From positions 1-35,186 of the IMG/VR virus record IMGVR_UViG_3300028364_000083: DNA of 35,186 nucleotides; one strand, written 5' to 3'. A model generated the notes under the pieces. That model worked only from the letters and a program-made list of their open reading frames with translations, was not told the origin of the DNA and did no database searches. Both the position numbers and the translations under genes were made by a program. Below are positions 1 to 9,102 of this stretch, piece by piece (positions within the stretch are counted from its first letter, which is position 1; the number at the start of each line of letters is the position of its first letter). This stretch comes from a virus (lineage: Duplodnaviria > Caudoviricetes).

Positions 1-2677
1 TAACTGCTCTTTGTCCAGACCTGACTATCCAACCAGAATCTCTGTACATGCGATCTATGTGCCCTGTACGCTTTGTAAGGGCTTGTAAGGAAAGATCTCC
101 TGTATCCGATGCCTGTAGTACTACATGACGATAAAGTCCGTTAGGAGTCTCTATAGGGTCATCTAGCCTAACAACGATAGTATCTTCTTTAGGTTTAAGC
201 ATTGTTTTAGTTTTAGGGTCGTACACCTCATCAAGCTCTAAGTCTCTTAAAGCTACACGCCTGCCTGCTGTCTTATGTATTCCGCCATCTACAGCAACAT
301 CAACACCAAAGAAACCTGCTTCCTTTTTCTTGCTGTAATATATTTTATTTCTAGCTTCATAGATGTCATCCATTACTGCACGTATTTTAGCGTACTTTCT
401 AAAAGCTGACTCTACGTTTGAAGATGAATCTGCCTGACCTACAGCTGTACTGAACTCCCTAAGTGTGTTGTACTGTTTGCCTGTGTCATCACCTAGCTTT
501 AAAGCGTGACCAACTATATCAGCAACACCAGGAGACATACCAGAAAACGCAGTCTGTACCTTTTTATCAAAACCTTCTGCTAAGGCTTTATGTTTGAAGT
601 TCAAAGCGAACACACCTTCTAGGACTTCACCGCCTAAGATACGTAAAGGGTTCAAGAACATTCCAGAGAATCTACCGTAGGACTTCTTACCCGCAGCGCT
701 GAGGTCAAGTACATCCATCTTAGAACTGAAGATATGCTTAACAGGTACTTCTACGAACCACTCTGCCCCTTCTGCCATAAGGTCTTCAGCAACTTCAGGC
801 CCAGCGAAGTTCTTAGGATTAACAAATGTCCCTCCTTCGGTCTGAGAGTCCCTGAGTGTCTGGGCATTCATACCTTTCTGTTGCTTTCTTTGCTTCTTAG
901 TTAACTTCTTAGCAGTGCCTTTAGGTGCACTGAGTAGCTCCTCTGCCGCACGCTCTTTAAGTTCACCCTTAGATACAAGCTTAGCCCCATCTGGAAGAAC
1001 AGCTGATTCCATAGCATTCAAAGCATCTTGCTTTGTCTTAAAACCACCGGCATTACCGTCACCCATAGTGAACAAAAAGTCCCCTAAAGAGTTATTATCA
1101 GTGTTGCTTCTAAATCCAGTTGCTGAATCCATAACGTTCAGGCTTGTACCCGTTTGAGTCTCTAGTACCCTAGCTCTCTTCATACCCATGTTAACAGCGC
1201 TTTCGTCTATAAGGAGAAGCTCATTAACCTCTATAAGGTCTTCTCTTACGTTAGGGAATCCCGGGAGGTTAGATGCACTAGGTCCGCCTATGTGACGTGT
1301 ACTAGCCTGTTCTTGAGTTAAACCGTGACGTACAGCCTCAGCTATAGGATCTTTCTTTAAGGTCTTAAGGAACTCTTTAGGCTCTAAGTCGTACAGCGAA
1401 TCAAGTACAGAACTGCCATCCCTGTGTGCTGTAGTGGTTATTGTTTCTGGTAGCATCTTAGCGGCTATAGCTTTAGATAAACCTTTTATGGTCTGTATTG
1501 AACCTATAACACCAAAACCTAAGTTAAACAACGTCTCTGCAAACTGACCCTTTTGAGAATCAGTTACTTCACCGTCAGCCATCTGGATACCGCCCTCAAG
1601 GATAGAGCGCTTTAGCCTATCCACTTGGATTGAGGTAAGCATAGAATTATTACGGCCCATGAGGGTTGTCTCATAACCTGCCCACTCTTCTACTAGGTTC
1701 TCTAGGACAGTGATCTGCTGTTCTTTTGGGAGGGTATCTAACTTATCTAAAGCGTTACCTATTCCTAATTTGAATTTAGCGAACTCTACTTCTCCTGTTC
1801 CAACAAAAGGAATTATAAGCTCTCCTAAGTCTCCAAGTATTTCACCCCAAGAGCTTTCCTGAAAAAGCCTCGCAGTCTGCATGTCTATATTTCTAGCTAA
1901 CTGTTGGTTAAAAGCTATCTCTGCATCAGCTCTAGGTAACATAGGGTTATTAGGTAAACGCTTAATGATGTATTCTTCGCGATAATCCCCTAGATCGTAG
2001 AACCCATCCTTAGAGGCTTTTAGTTCTTCAACAATAGCTAAGACTTCTTCGTTAGTCTCGGCTGCCTGTATTTTTTCCTCAGCTAACTTAAGGTCCTGTT
2101 CACGTTCTGCACCTTCAGAAATAGAGGACTGCTCATCAATTACACCGTCATTGCCTTGCTCTAATGCTTCTCTGGTAGGGTCAAAGGTATCAGTGTCCCC
2201 TGCGTACACAACCTCTTGAAATATAGTAGCAACTTCACTTGCGCTTTCTGTAGAACGATAAGGTATCTCGATGGTGTCTTTACCTAGTACACCTTGTATA
2301 CTAAACATAGACTCATCGAAGCCTATGCTTGAAAAATCTAACGAGGTTTGACGCTGTTGTTCTGGGCTTCGGGCTACTTGCTTAGGTACAGCCTCGACAA
2401 CCTGACCTGTTTCCTGTGCTGGTTCCTCTCCCCAAGCTTCGTTCATACGGGCTACAAGTTCACTTCCGGGATTAAAATCAGAAGGCACGCTTGCATCAAC
2501 AGGTGTGTCGCTTTTTCTTTTACTAGCTACTGGAGCATCTTGAAAGTTCTGAGTTACTGAACCCATTACAGACGTAATCATGCCAGAGGCTTGAGCTTTA
2601 CTAAGACCTTGATCTTTCATCTCTTGAACTAACTTGTTGATGTCAACAGAGTCAGGCTTTACCCCTTGCGTATCCAT
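1..2677 (-). CDS. Large internal virion (ejection/core) protein, truncated at the window edge, >890 aa
   Basis: Absent from the ORF track, as expected if it has no stop inside the window. ATG at 2677 overlaps the previous TAA (TAATG). It begins MDTQGVKPDSVDINKLVQEMKDQG and is open in the same frame at the edge (...HIDRMYRDSGWIVRSGQRAV). Its position after the nozzle and a small Ala/Gly-rich virion gene fits a podovirus core protein. Confidence 0.75.
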   Translation of the reverse strand, partial: MDTQGVKPDSVDINKLVQEMKDQGLSKAQASGMITSVMGSVTQNFQDAPVASKRKSDTPVDASVPSDFNPGSELVARMNEAWGEEPAQETGQVVEAVPKQVARSPEQQRQTSLDFSSIGFDESMFSIQGVLGKDTIEIPYRSTESASEVATIFQEVVYAGDTDTFDPTREALEQGNDGVIDEQSSISEGAEREQDLKLAEEKIQAAETNEEVLAIVEELKASKDGFYDLGDYREEYIIKRLPNNPMLPRADAEIAFNQQLARNIDMQTARLFQESSWGEILGDLGELIIPFVGTGEVEFAKFKLGIGNALDKLDTLPKEQQITVLENLVEEWAGYETTLMGRNNSMLTSIQVDRLKRSILEGGIQMADGEVTDSQKGQFAETLFNLGFGVIGSIQTIKGLSKAIAAKMLPETITTTAHRDGSSVLDSLYDLEPKEFLKTLKKDPIAEAVRHGLTQEQASTRHIGGPSASNLPGFPNVREDLIEVNELLLIDESAVNMGMKRARVLETQTGTSLNVMDSATGFRSNTDNNSLGDFLFTMGDGNAGGFKTKQDALNAMESAVLPDGAKLVSKGELKERAAEELLSAPKGTAKKLTKKQRKQQKGMNAQTLRDSQTEGGTFVNPKNFAGPEVAEDLMAEGAEWFVEVPVKHIFSSKMDVLDLSAAGKKSYGRFSGMFLNPLRILGGEVLEGVFALNFKHKALAEGFDKKVQTAFSGMSPGVADIVGHALKLGDDTGKQYNTLREFSTAVGQADSSSNVESAFRKYAKIRAVMDDIYEARNKIYYSKKKEAGFFGVDVAVDGGIHKTAGRRVALRDLELDEVYDPKTKTMLKPKEDTIVVRLDDPIETPNGLYRHVVLQASDTGDLSLQALTKRTGHIDRMYRDSGWIVRSGQRAV

Positions 2678-3096
2678 TAAGTCTCCTCTCCTTCATTTGC
2701 ATAAACACTAAGCTGTCCAGCAACATTTCCCAAAGTTCCAAAAGCCGTAGCTTGACCTTGATTTGTAATAGCTTTGTTTTGGAATCTAGCTACGTTAGAC
2801 TGTAAGGAACTAACAGCGTTTATAAAGCCTAAGTTAGCCGCTGTCTGGGAACCTATGCTTGCAAGAGCTCCCTGTGCTGAGCTTGTTCCTGCTGTTCCGC
2901 TGTTAGTGCTGTTAGCCATAGACATAGCTGAAGTAATTTTGTTTTGACGTATCTCGCTTAAACGCTCTTTAGACGCTTGCCTTTCACGTATTTTATTTGT
3001 AGCTCTGTTTGCTTTCTTTTGTTCTCTGCCTGCTTTAATAGAAGCACCGGCACTAAGTAAAGAAAGACCTACAGCCGCCGCTAAAAAGAATGCCAT
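2677..3096 (-). CDS. Small internal virion protein (T7 gp14-like position)
   Basis: 139 aa with a hydrophobic Ala/Gly-rich N-terminus (MAFFLAAAVGLSLLSAGAS), then a basic helix and Ala/Gly/Ser/Gln-rich helices, as in podovirus ejection proteins. Coupled by TAATG overlaps on both sides. Confidence 0.65.
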   Translation of the reverse strand: MAFFLAAAVGLSLLSAGASIKAGREQKKANRATNKIRERQASKERLSEIRQNKITSAMSMANSTNSGTAGTSSAQGALASIGSQTAANLGFINAVSSLQSNVARFQNKAITNQGQATAFGTLGNVAGQLSVYANEGEET

Positions 3097-4310
3097 TAGG
3101 TTCTACCTCCCATTGAAAAGGATACACTGTACCCTAATAATTGTAAATCTTTCTCTGGCTCTGTTTGGAATACAAACTGTACTGCATCCCCTTTACCTCT
3201 AATCCCGTAAGTGTACGAAACTAAAGACTCGCCTGTGTTCATTGTGTGAGGGTAAGACGTAGGAAGAAATCCTCTTTTATTAGGTAAATATATATTGTTT
3301 ATATTTCCTCGTCCTTTACCATCTACTATACCAACCCACTTGCTGTAAGCATCACTGTTATCAAAATCCCATCTTGTCTGTAAATAACAAGCGGAAGGTT
3401 TTGTGTACGAGTACTGCCCGTTTTCGTAACCAAGAACTTCTGTTTCTGTTTTGTTGAAATAAAATTTAGCTCTTGTTATCTTTTTACTGTTAGCGAACTT
3501 ACCTAAAGTTTCCCATCCTGAGACAAGAAAAGAAGGAGCGTTTTCACCGAAGTCTTCGAAACTGGCGTTCTTAGGCTGAGCTACTGTGTAATTTAACTTT
3601 GTTGCTGTTTGAGTATAAAAAGGATACAGAACAGCGTTATTTATTCTAAACGGACGTACTGATACGTAATCGTCGTTAGCCTGCATCTGAGGATAAAAGG
3701 CTTGTACCTCTAAATCATAAATAAGGAATTGACCAAAATTAGGAACTAACCAAACTATTTGTTTTTGAGCTTCGTCGTAAACACCGTGAGCATTCTTTCC
3801 TGATAAGCTAGTTAAAAAATAACTACGAACAGTCTGAGCTGAAATATCTACGCTGTTAAGAACATCGAACTCAGTTGCTACTATTTCCATTATTCCGTTA
3901 TTAGAGAAGTAATACATACTCCCTTCTGCTTCAACTACACTTCTTACGCTTTCTAAACCTCTTTCGCTTACCTTAGCTATATTAAAACCTGTAGCCTTAA
4001 AGCCACCATCTGAATTGTAAATGTACCATACACCGTTTGTAGCAAAAACAAGTACTCCACTTTTAAAAGGTTTAATTGCTTTTATTCCTACAGCTTCTTC
4101 TAAAGGAATTATCCCTCCATCGGTAGCAAGTAAATCGGAAAGAGCCTCGCTTGTAGGGTCATTGTCTTGATAACATCTTCCCGCTTCTTTAGGGCTAACA
4201 AGTAATTGAGAATAAAGTACAGTGCTGTCTACAGCGTAAAAAATTCTACCAAAAGCACTGGCACAACAGTTAGGGTTCTTTATGTTTGTTGTTGGTTGAT
4301 TAATTGCCAT
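3096..4310 (-). CDS. Tail tubular protein B / nozzle, C-terminal part
   Basis: 404 aa beta-rich protein with propeller-like repeats (GRIFYA, CYQDNDPTSE..SDLLATDGG, GVLVFATNGVWYI, SMYYFSNNGI), located between tube A and the internal proteins. Confidence 0.65.
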   Translation of the reverse strand: MAINQPTTNIKNPNCCASAFGRIFYAVDSTVLYSQLLVSPKEAGRCYQDNDPTSEALSDLLATDGGIIPLEEAVGIKAIKPFKSGVLVFATNGVWYIYNSDGGFKATGFNIAKVSERGLESVRSVVEAEGSMYYFSNNGIMEIVATEFDVLNSVDISAQTVRSYFLTSLSGKNAHGVYDEAQKQIVWLVPNFGQFLIYDLEVQAFYPQMQANDDYVSVRPFRINNAVLYPFYTQTATKLNYTVAQPKNASFEDFGENAPSFLVSGWETLGKFANSKKITRAKFYFNKTETEVLGYENGQYSYTKPSACYLQTRWDFDNSDAYSKWVGIVDGKGRGNINNIYLPNKRGFLPTSYPHTMNTGESLVSYTYGIRGKGDAVQFVFQTEPEKDLQLLGYSVSFSMGGRT

Positions 4311-5299
4311 TATGGTTCAATTTGTCCCGGAAATCTAGGCGAAGGTTGCCAAGGGTTAAAAGGTGTTGAAGGCGGAGTAACCGGATCATTAGGCTCATTA
4401 GGGTCGTAGCTAGGGGCAGAGGAAAAGTCTACTGAGCCTACAAGCTCCAAAGTAGTGCTAGGAACACCATCAAGAGTAGGATTACCTAACTTAGAATCCC
4501 TGTCAAAATCCATTACACTATAAACGTAATGACCCCTTGCCGCTAAAGAGTTTCCTAACCCAGCGTCTCTTACGTACTTAGGGTCAAAGGTTAGATTACC
4601 ATCAGAGTTATTTATCATGCCTACACTGACTATATCCGCGTTGCTAGGATACAAAGAAAACTCATTGTTGTAGATGTCAATAACGCTGTCTAAAGGATTT
4701 CCCGTGGTGTTCTGATCTCTTCTTTCTACAAACCACCCTGCATTCAATAAATTGTATCTGTGGTTCTGTGTTAAGGTAGCAGGGTTTTCAGAAGCACTGA
4801 GGTTATCATTAACAAGTTCGAAGTCTCGTACATACAAAGTAATTTTGTAAATATCTATTTTTTCTTCAGCTTCGTTGTACTCTAACATTATAGGGTTATC
4901 GTTGTTAGATAAAGTAATAACAAGGTAATTAGTTAACTCTGCAATCTGAGTGCTTACCTTTGCATCTGCGATCTTAACATCAATTAAAGCTGTGAAATTT
5001 GCATCTACTGCGTGTACTCTGATGTATGTTTCTGGTACATTGTTAGTAAGTACAGCTATAACGTAAGTACTACCTCTCCAGTAAAACATATTTTCAAGCT
5101 CAGCGTCAGTACAGTCGAACTCAGCTACGGGATACAGGAACTCGAACCCCTCCCGTCTTTTACGGATAAGGCCATCTTTTTCTAAGATAAAGTTCAGCTC
5201 ATCAGAGGTACAACCCTCCGGAAAAGCAAGAGGGGACGCCTCAGTAATTAAACCTTTAGCTAGGGATACGTAATCTTTAGAACCAGAAGCTCTAGGCAT
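4310..5299 (-). CDS. Tail tubular protein B / nozzle, N-terminal part
   Basis: 329 aa. The N-terminus KGLITEASPLAFPE..SDELNF....G.IRKRREG resembles the start of podovirus nozzle/DNA-stabilization proteins. The C-terminus is Pro-rich. Confidence 0.6.
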   Translation of the reverse strand: MPRASGSKDYVSLAKGLITEASPLAFPEGCTSDELNFILEKDGLIRKRREGFEFLYPVAEFDCTDAELENMFYWRGSTYVIAVLTNNVPETYIRVHAVDANFTALIDVKIADAKVSTQIAELTNYLVITLSNNDNPIMLEYNEAEEKIDIYKITLYVRDFELVNDNLSASENPATLTQNHRYNLLNAGWFVERRDQNTTGNPLDSVIDIYNNEFSLYPSNADIVSVGMINNSDGNLTFDPKYVRDAGLGNSLAARGHYVYSVMDFDRDSKLGNPTLDGVPSTTLELVGSVDFSSAPSYDPNEPNDPVTPPSTPFNPWQPSPRFPGQIEP

Positions 5300-5609
5300 T
5301 TAAAGAATCCTTGATGTACTTTTTAATAACAGCAGGTTGTTTAAGTTCTTTCGGAACTACAATGCCCATAATTTCTGCAAACTCTAACAGGGCATCTTTC
5401 TTTGTTAATTTGTCTAACTCTATTGCCGGAGTACTGACTGGAGTGTAGTCAACCTTGACAGGTTTATTTCTTATGTAAGTGCTAATAGCCTCCTCAGCTA
5501 CACTAGCCTTAGTAAAGATACCAGTTAGCTCAATAGGAACCTTACCTGATCCCCTCTGTACGCATAACTGGCTTGTAGTTTTGTATTGCACTATTTTAAA
5601 GTCATTCAT
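5292..5609 (-). CDS. Hypothetical protein in the tail module
   Basis: 105 aa ORF overlapping both neighbours in the late operon. Confidence 0.6.
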   Translation of the reverse strand: MNDFKIVQYKTTSQLCVQRGSGKVPIELTGIFTKASVAEEAISTYIRNKPVKVDYTPVSTPAIELDKLTKKDALLEFAEIMGIVVPKELKQPAVIKKYIKDSLNA

Positions 5610-6367
5610 TAATTTCTACCGTATTTGCTTTTGTTTCTGTTCATACTCCCAGACTTACGTGCTTGCTGTTGAGCAGAGGCCATCCTTGAAGCTAAGCGCC
5701 TAGTAGTGCTAGGTGGAGCATTTTGTTGAAGGAGGTGCTCGTAGCACTCTACAATTACTAAGTCTCTGTACAGCTCTGACAGGTGCTCTGGAATAGGAAT
5801 TATGAAGTCATCCTGTTGTAAAAACACTTTTTCTTGTGTATAAACTACTCGACTTTTACTTGACTGTAAAGTAGTGTCTTGTTCTTTGTTGTACGAATCA
5901 TGTACGATATAAACACCATTAAAGGAGGTACAGTACTGAGGATGCCTGTTATTGTAGACAACAAACTTAGTACCTCCAAAATCTTCTACAATTTCTGTAT
6001 TAGCAAGCTTATCGGTTCTTGACTGAACCATATCTAAAAAGCTTTCGTTAGATAAGTAAATCACAGGACGATAGTTAACTAAAACATCCGACTCTGTGTT
6101 ATTATAAGATAAAGTGCTCTGATCTATACGTTGCACGTTATCCGGAATCTTTAAATAATTAGGTTTTGTTACATCAGACACACTGCCTAGTGTTGCACTG
6201 GATGTAGTGAACTGCCAGTCTCTGAACTTTTGAATTAAAGTGTAGTAGCACTCTTCAGCTATCTGAGCCGCTTGTTGGGCTACATCGCTGTTAAAAATGC
6301 TGTCTACGTAAAAATCTGAGGATTTGTTTAGATAGCTCTGAACTACGCTTAATAAAGTTAATTTCAT
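5609..6367 (-). CDS. Tail tubular protein A / head-tail adaptor
   Basis: 252 aa with an N-terminal helical MKLTLLSVVQSYL...VDSI....AQQAAQI segment followed by W-F. First gene after the capsid terminator, with RBS AAGGA. Confidence 0.7.
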   Translation of the reverse strand: MKLTLLSVVQSYLNKSSDFYVDSIFNSDVAQQAAQIAEECYYTLIQKFRDWQFTTSSATLGSVSDVTKPNYLKIPDNVQRIDQSTLSYNNTESDVLVNYRPVIYLSNESFLDMVQSRTDKLANTEIVEDFGGTKFVVYNNRHPQYCTSFNGVYIVHDSYNKEQDTTLQSSKSRVVYTQEKVFLQQDDFIIPIPEHLSELYRDLVIVECYEHLLQQNAPPSTTRRLASRMASAQQQARKSGSMNRNKSKYGRN

Positions 6368-6377
6368 TTCTATCCTT

Positions 6378-6400
6378 AAAAAAGAAGGGGCCGAAGCCCC
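6378..6400 (-). terminator. Rho-independent terminator after the capsid and decoration genes
   Basis: Minus strand GGGGC-TTCG-GCCCC-TTCTTTTTT: a 5-bp GC stem, cUUCGg tetraloop and U tract, in the position of T7 T-phi. Confidence 0.9.
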
Positions 6401-6412
6401 GACAATTACACA

Positions 6413-6844
6413 CTAGATGCGTTCGTAAGTAACTACTAACGAAGCTTTACCTACTGTAGCGGCTTGGGTTTGTGCATCAGACAAGTCTAAAACTATCTGA
6501 ATACCCCCTGCGCCTGTTAGCTTGGTTAAACCAGTTAAAGCTGGCTTGGTAACACCTAATGTATTTAGATTTAGGTCTGTAGTTAGGCCGTTACCACCGT
6601 CAATAGATAGGTCTGCTGTAGCACCTGTACCAAAGGCTTCAGATACATACAGCGTTAAACCTGTAACGATGTAAGGGTGCAGAACACCTATACTGTACAC
6701 ATCGGTAACTGTACCAGCAGAAAACTCAAACGTAGCTTGAACTTCCTTACCGAAGGTTTTTACTTGACCGTCAATACCACCAGAAGCTCGTGTTCCGTAA
6801 GTCTTACCTACACCAATACCAGCCGCGTTGCTTTCATAACTCAT
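6413..6844 (-). CDS. Putative capsid decoration / minor head protein
   Basis: 143 aa Gly/Thr-rich beta protein directly after the MCP and before the terminator, with RBS AAGGA. Confidence 0.6.
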   Translation of the reverse strand: MSYESNAAGIGVGKTYGTRASGGIDGQVKTFGKEVQATFEFSAGTVTDVYSIGVLHPYIVTGLTLYVSEAFGTGATADLSIDGGNGLTTDLNLNTLGVTKPALTGLTKLTGAGGIQIVLDLSDAQTQAATVGKASLVVTYERI

Positions 6845-6854
6845 AATTTATTCC

Positions 6855-7802
6855 TTATTCAAAATCAGTTGCAGATGTAATTAATACACCTAAAGTGTCT
6901 GTACGCTGTAATCCAAAGCCCATACGTGAAGTCATAATGAACTCATCACGTTGTAGATCTTTGTTACGCTCAGTTTCAGTTCGAGGCATTTGTCTCCATG
7001 CAACCATTAATGCCTTTGTCTGGTCATCAAGGATAGACATAAAGATATTAGCAACACCGTCTGTTACTGAGGTAGTACCATCACTGAACGTACCTTTAGG
7101 TAAACGGTTACTTGAGAAGATATTCCAACCAGCGAAGTTCATAATGAAGTCATGGTCACGCATAAGACCTGAGTTCAAAATTTCTTGCATCATAGGGTTA
7201 GAATCTACGTTGTAAGTACCTTGGAACTTATCTTGCAGAGTAGCCGCAACAACAGGGTCAACAAACGCTACACGACCTGCATAAGGAACTTCAGCCTTAT
7301 CAAAAGCCAGCTTCATCTTGTTGAAGTGTTGGATACTTGCAATGTTATTGGTTTCAGCAGATGCAATACGATGTGCGAACTTATTCACAAGGTTAGCCGC
7401 ACCATTTGTTTGTCCTGCATTCAACGTAGCTAGTGTACGAGTTTCGAAATATTCCTGCAAAGCACGAGTACTCTCTTGAGCACGAGCACCTAGCAAGGCC
7501 TCTACCTGACTGCCATCTTGACGCATCTTATCTGTGATAAACCACGCATCACCCGGGTAGTCACTAATCTGTAACTGGACGTTACCTGACTCAATAGGGT
7601 TATAAACCAATGGAACGTTTTCATTAACTTCCTGAATTTTCGCTTCACCGATAGACTTAATGTTTAAAACTTCACCTTCGCCAAAGTCAGATACATCCCG
7701 ATAAAAGTTAGTTGGGAGCAGACCGTCGTGCATGTTACGAAGAATAAAATCAGAGTACTGCTGAGCTTCGATAAACGAAGTATTGCTTTGAGTAGTAATC
7801 AT
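6855..7802 (-). CDS. Major capsid protein
   Basis: 315 aa following the scaffold, with HK97-fold-type segments (FIEAQQYS.FIL, GE.LNI.SIG, LAFDKAEVP..GR..FVDP, RMGFGLQR). Confidence 0.9.
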   Translation of the reverse strand: MITTQSNTSFIEAQQYSDFILRNMHDGLLPTNFYRDVSDFGEGEVLNIKSIGEAKIQEVNENVPLVYNPIESGNVQLQISDYPGDAWFITDKMRQDGSQVEALLGARAQESTRALQEYFETRTLATLNAGQTNGAANLVNKFAHRIASAETNNIASIQHFNKMKLAFDKAEVPYAGRVAFVDPVVAATLQDKFQGTYNVDSNPMMQEILNSGLMRDHDFIMNFAGWNIFSSNRLPKGTFSDGTTSVTDGVANIFMSILDDQTKALMVAWRQMPRTETERNKDLQRDEFIMTSRMGFGLQRTDTLGVLITSATDFE

Positions 7803-7805
7803 TTA

Positions 7806-8561
7806 CTATTTCCTTAAAGATTGTTTCTTAATTGAATGAATGCTAGGATCGTATTCGAAACCATTAGCTTCACCAACTTGTTTTCCTGAGTACCGCCATT
7901 GGGCTACCAAGTCTGCTGTAGAACTCCCAAACATAACCCTTTTAGGGGCTTCTTTTGTTTGAGGAGGATTCCCTACGTAGGACCCACCGTTAGGTGATGG
8001 AGAGGCACTTGATTTAGTGTCTAACTGAAAGAGCTTAAGAAAAGCTTTAGGGTTAGAACGAGCTAAGGCTTCAATACCTGCACTGTCCATTCCTAACTCT
8101 TGTCCTTGATCTAACAGTTTGTTTTGCCACTCTGTACCGTGTACCCTAGTAGCTTGCTCTATGCTTGTCTTTAGGTTAGTATTTTGTACTTCCTGTTGAC
8201 CTTCATTAGCTATGCTTTGTCTAAGACGGTTTAAAATAGCGTCTTCGTCTACACCTTGGCTGGTCTGCTTTGGTTGTTCGACTACAGGCGGAACCTGCTT
8301 TTGAGACTCTAGCGCTTGCTCTAGTTTCAGGCTTGTGTCCAAGCGTGAAGTTAGCTCTTGCAACTGTATCTCCATTTTACTGTACTTATCAGCTAAATCG
8401 CCCTTCTCTGTCTTCAGGGTTTCAATGAACTGATCGGCATTTTCGATTTTCTTTTGGGCGTCTTCTGCGGTGTATTCTCTACCTCCCGCAGTAAACATAC
8501 CAGTCGTGGGTTTCGGATCTTCTTTTGGTTTTTCATCAAACATTTGGCCTTGGTCTGCCAT
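7806..8561 (-). CDS. Capsid scaffolding protein
   Basis: 251 aa acidic/Gln-rich coiled coil (KIENADQFIETLKTEK) immediately upstream of the MCP. Confidence 0.8.
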   Translation of the reverse strand: MADQGQMFDEKPKEDPKPTTGMFTAGGREYTAEDAQKKIENADQFIETLKTEKGDLADKYSKMEIQLQELTSRLDTSLKLEQALESQKQVPPVVEQPKQTSQGVDEDAILNRLRQSIANEGQQEVQNTNLKTSIEQATRVHGTEWQNKLLDQGQELGMDSAGIEALARSNPKAFLKLFQLDTKSSASPSPNGGSYVGNPPQTKEAPKRVMFGSSTADLVAQWRYSGKQVGEANGFEYDPSIHSIKKQSLRK

Positions 8562-8569
8562 ATAAATTC

Positions 8570-8821
8570 CTATTTCTTTTTAGATTTTGATTTTCTGCTT
8601 CGTTCTTTTATTTGCATGTCTTTTTTATTAGAAGCGGCTTTTCGTTTTTCTGCGCTACTTGCAGATTGACCTGCACCTGTAGTGCCGTCTACTCCAGCTA
8701 CTCTTTCTCTACCCTCTTTATCTTTTTCGAAAAAAGCCCCATTATTTTTAAGACCAGTAGGGACGTGTGCTTCGTCTAAACTTGCTTGAGTAACTTTTGT
8801 AGTGTCTTTTGTATACGCCAT
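8570..8821 (-). CDS. Small protein with very basic C-terminus
   Basis: The likely start is ATG 8821 (TAATG overlap) rather than 8836, giving 83 aa ending KERSRKSKSKKK. Confidence 0.6.
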   Translation of the reverse strand: MAYTKDTTKVTQASLDEAHVPTGLKNNGAFFEKDKEGRERVAGVDGTTGAGQSASSAEKRKAASNKKDMQIKERSRKSKSKKK

Positions 8822-9102
8822 TACATTGTCTCGCATCTGAATGTTTCTTTTAGCTTCTTGATTACTTCAAGCTTAGCTTTGTTTTCTGTAAGGAAGACTG
8901 ATCTAAGAAATTTAGTAGTCCAACTCATGTTAATGTATTCGTTAATTAATTTATCGTGCTCCTTGCATAAGTAATCATAATGTGCTTTACTGAACCGACT
9001 CTCTTGCCAGTCCTTGTATTGTTTTATTAAATCGCTTTTTTGTTTTGCATCCTGCTCTCTTGAAAAAACAGAAACTAAGCTTGCAGGTATTTTTGTTTTC
9101 AT
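8821..9102 (-). CDS. Hypothetical protein downstream of the portal
   Basis: 93 aa helical ORF with TAATG overlaps at both ends. Confidence 0.6.
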   Translation of the reverse strand: MKTKIPASLVSVFSREQDAKQKSDLIKQYKDWQESRFSKAHYDYLCKEHDKLINEYINMSWTTKFLRSVFLTENKAKLEVIKKLKETFRCETM

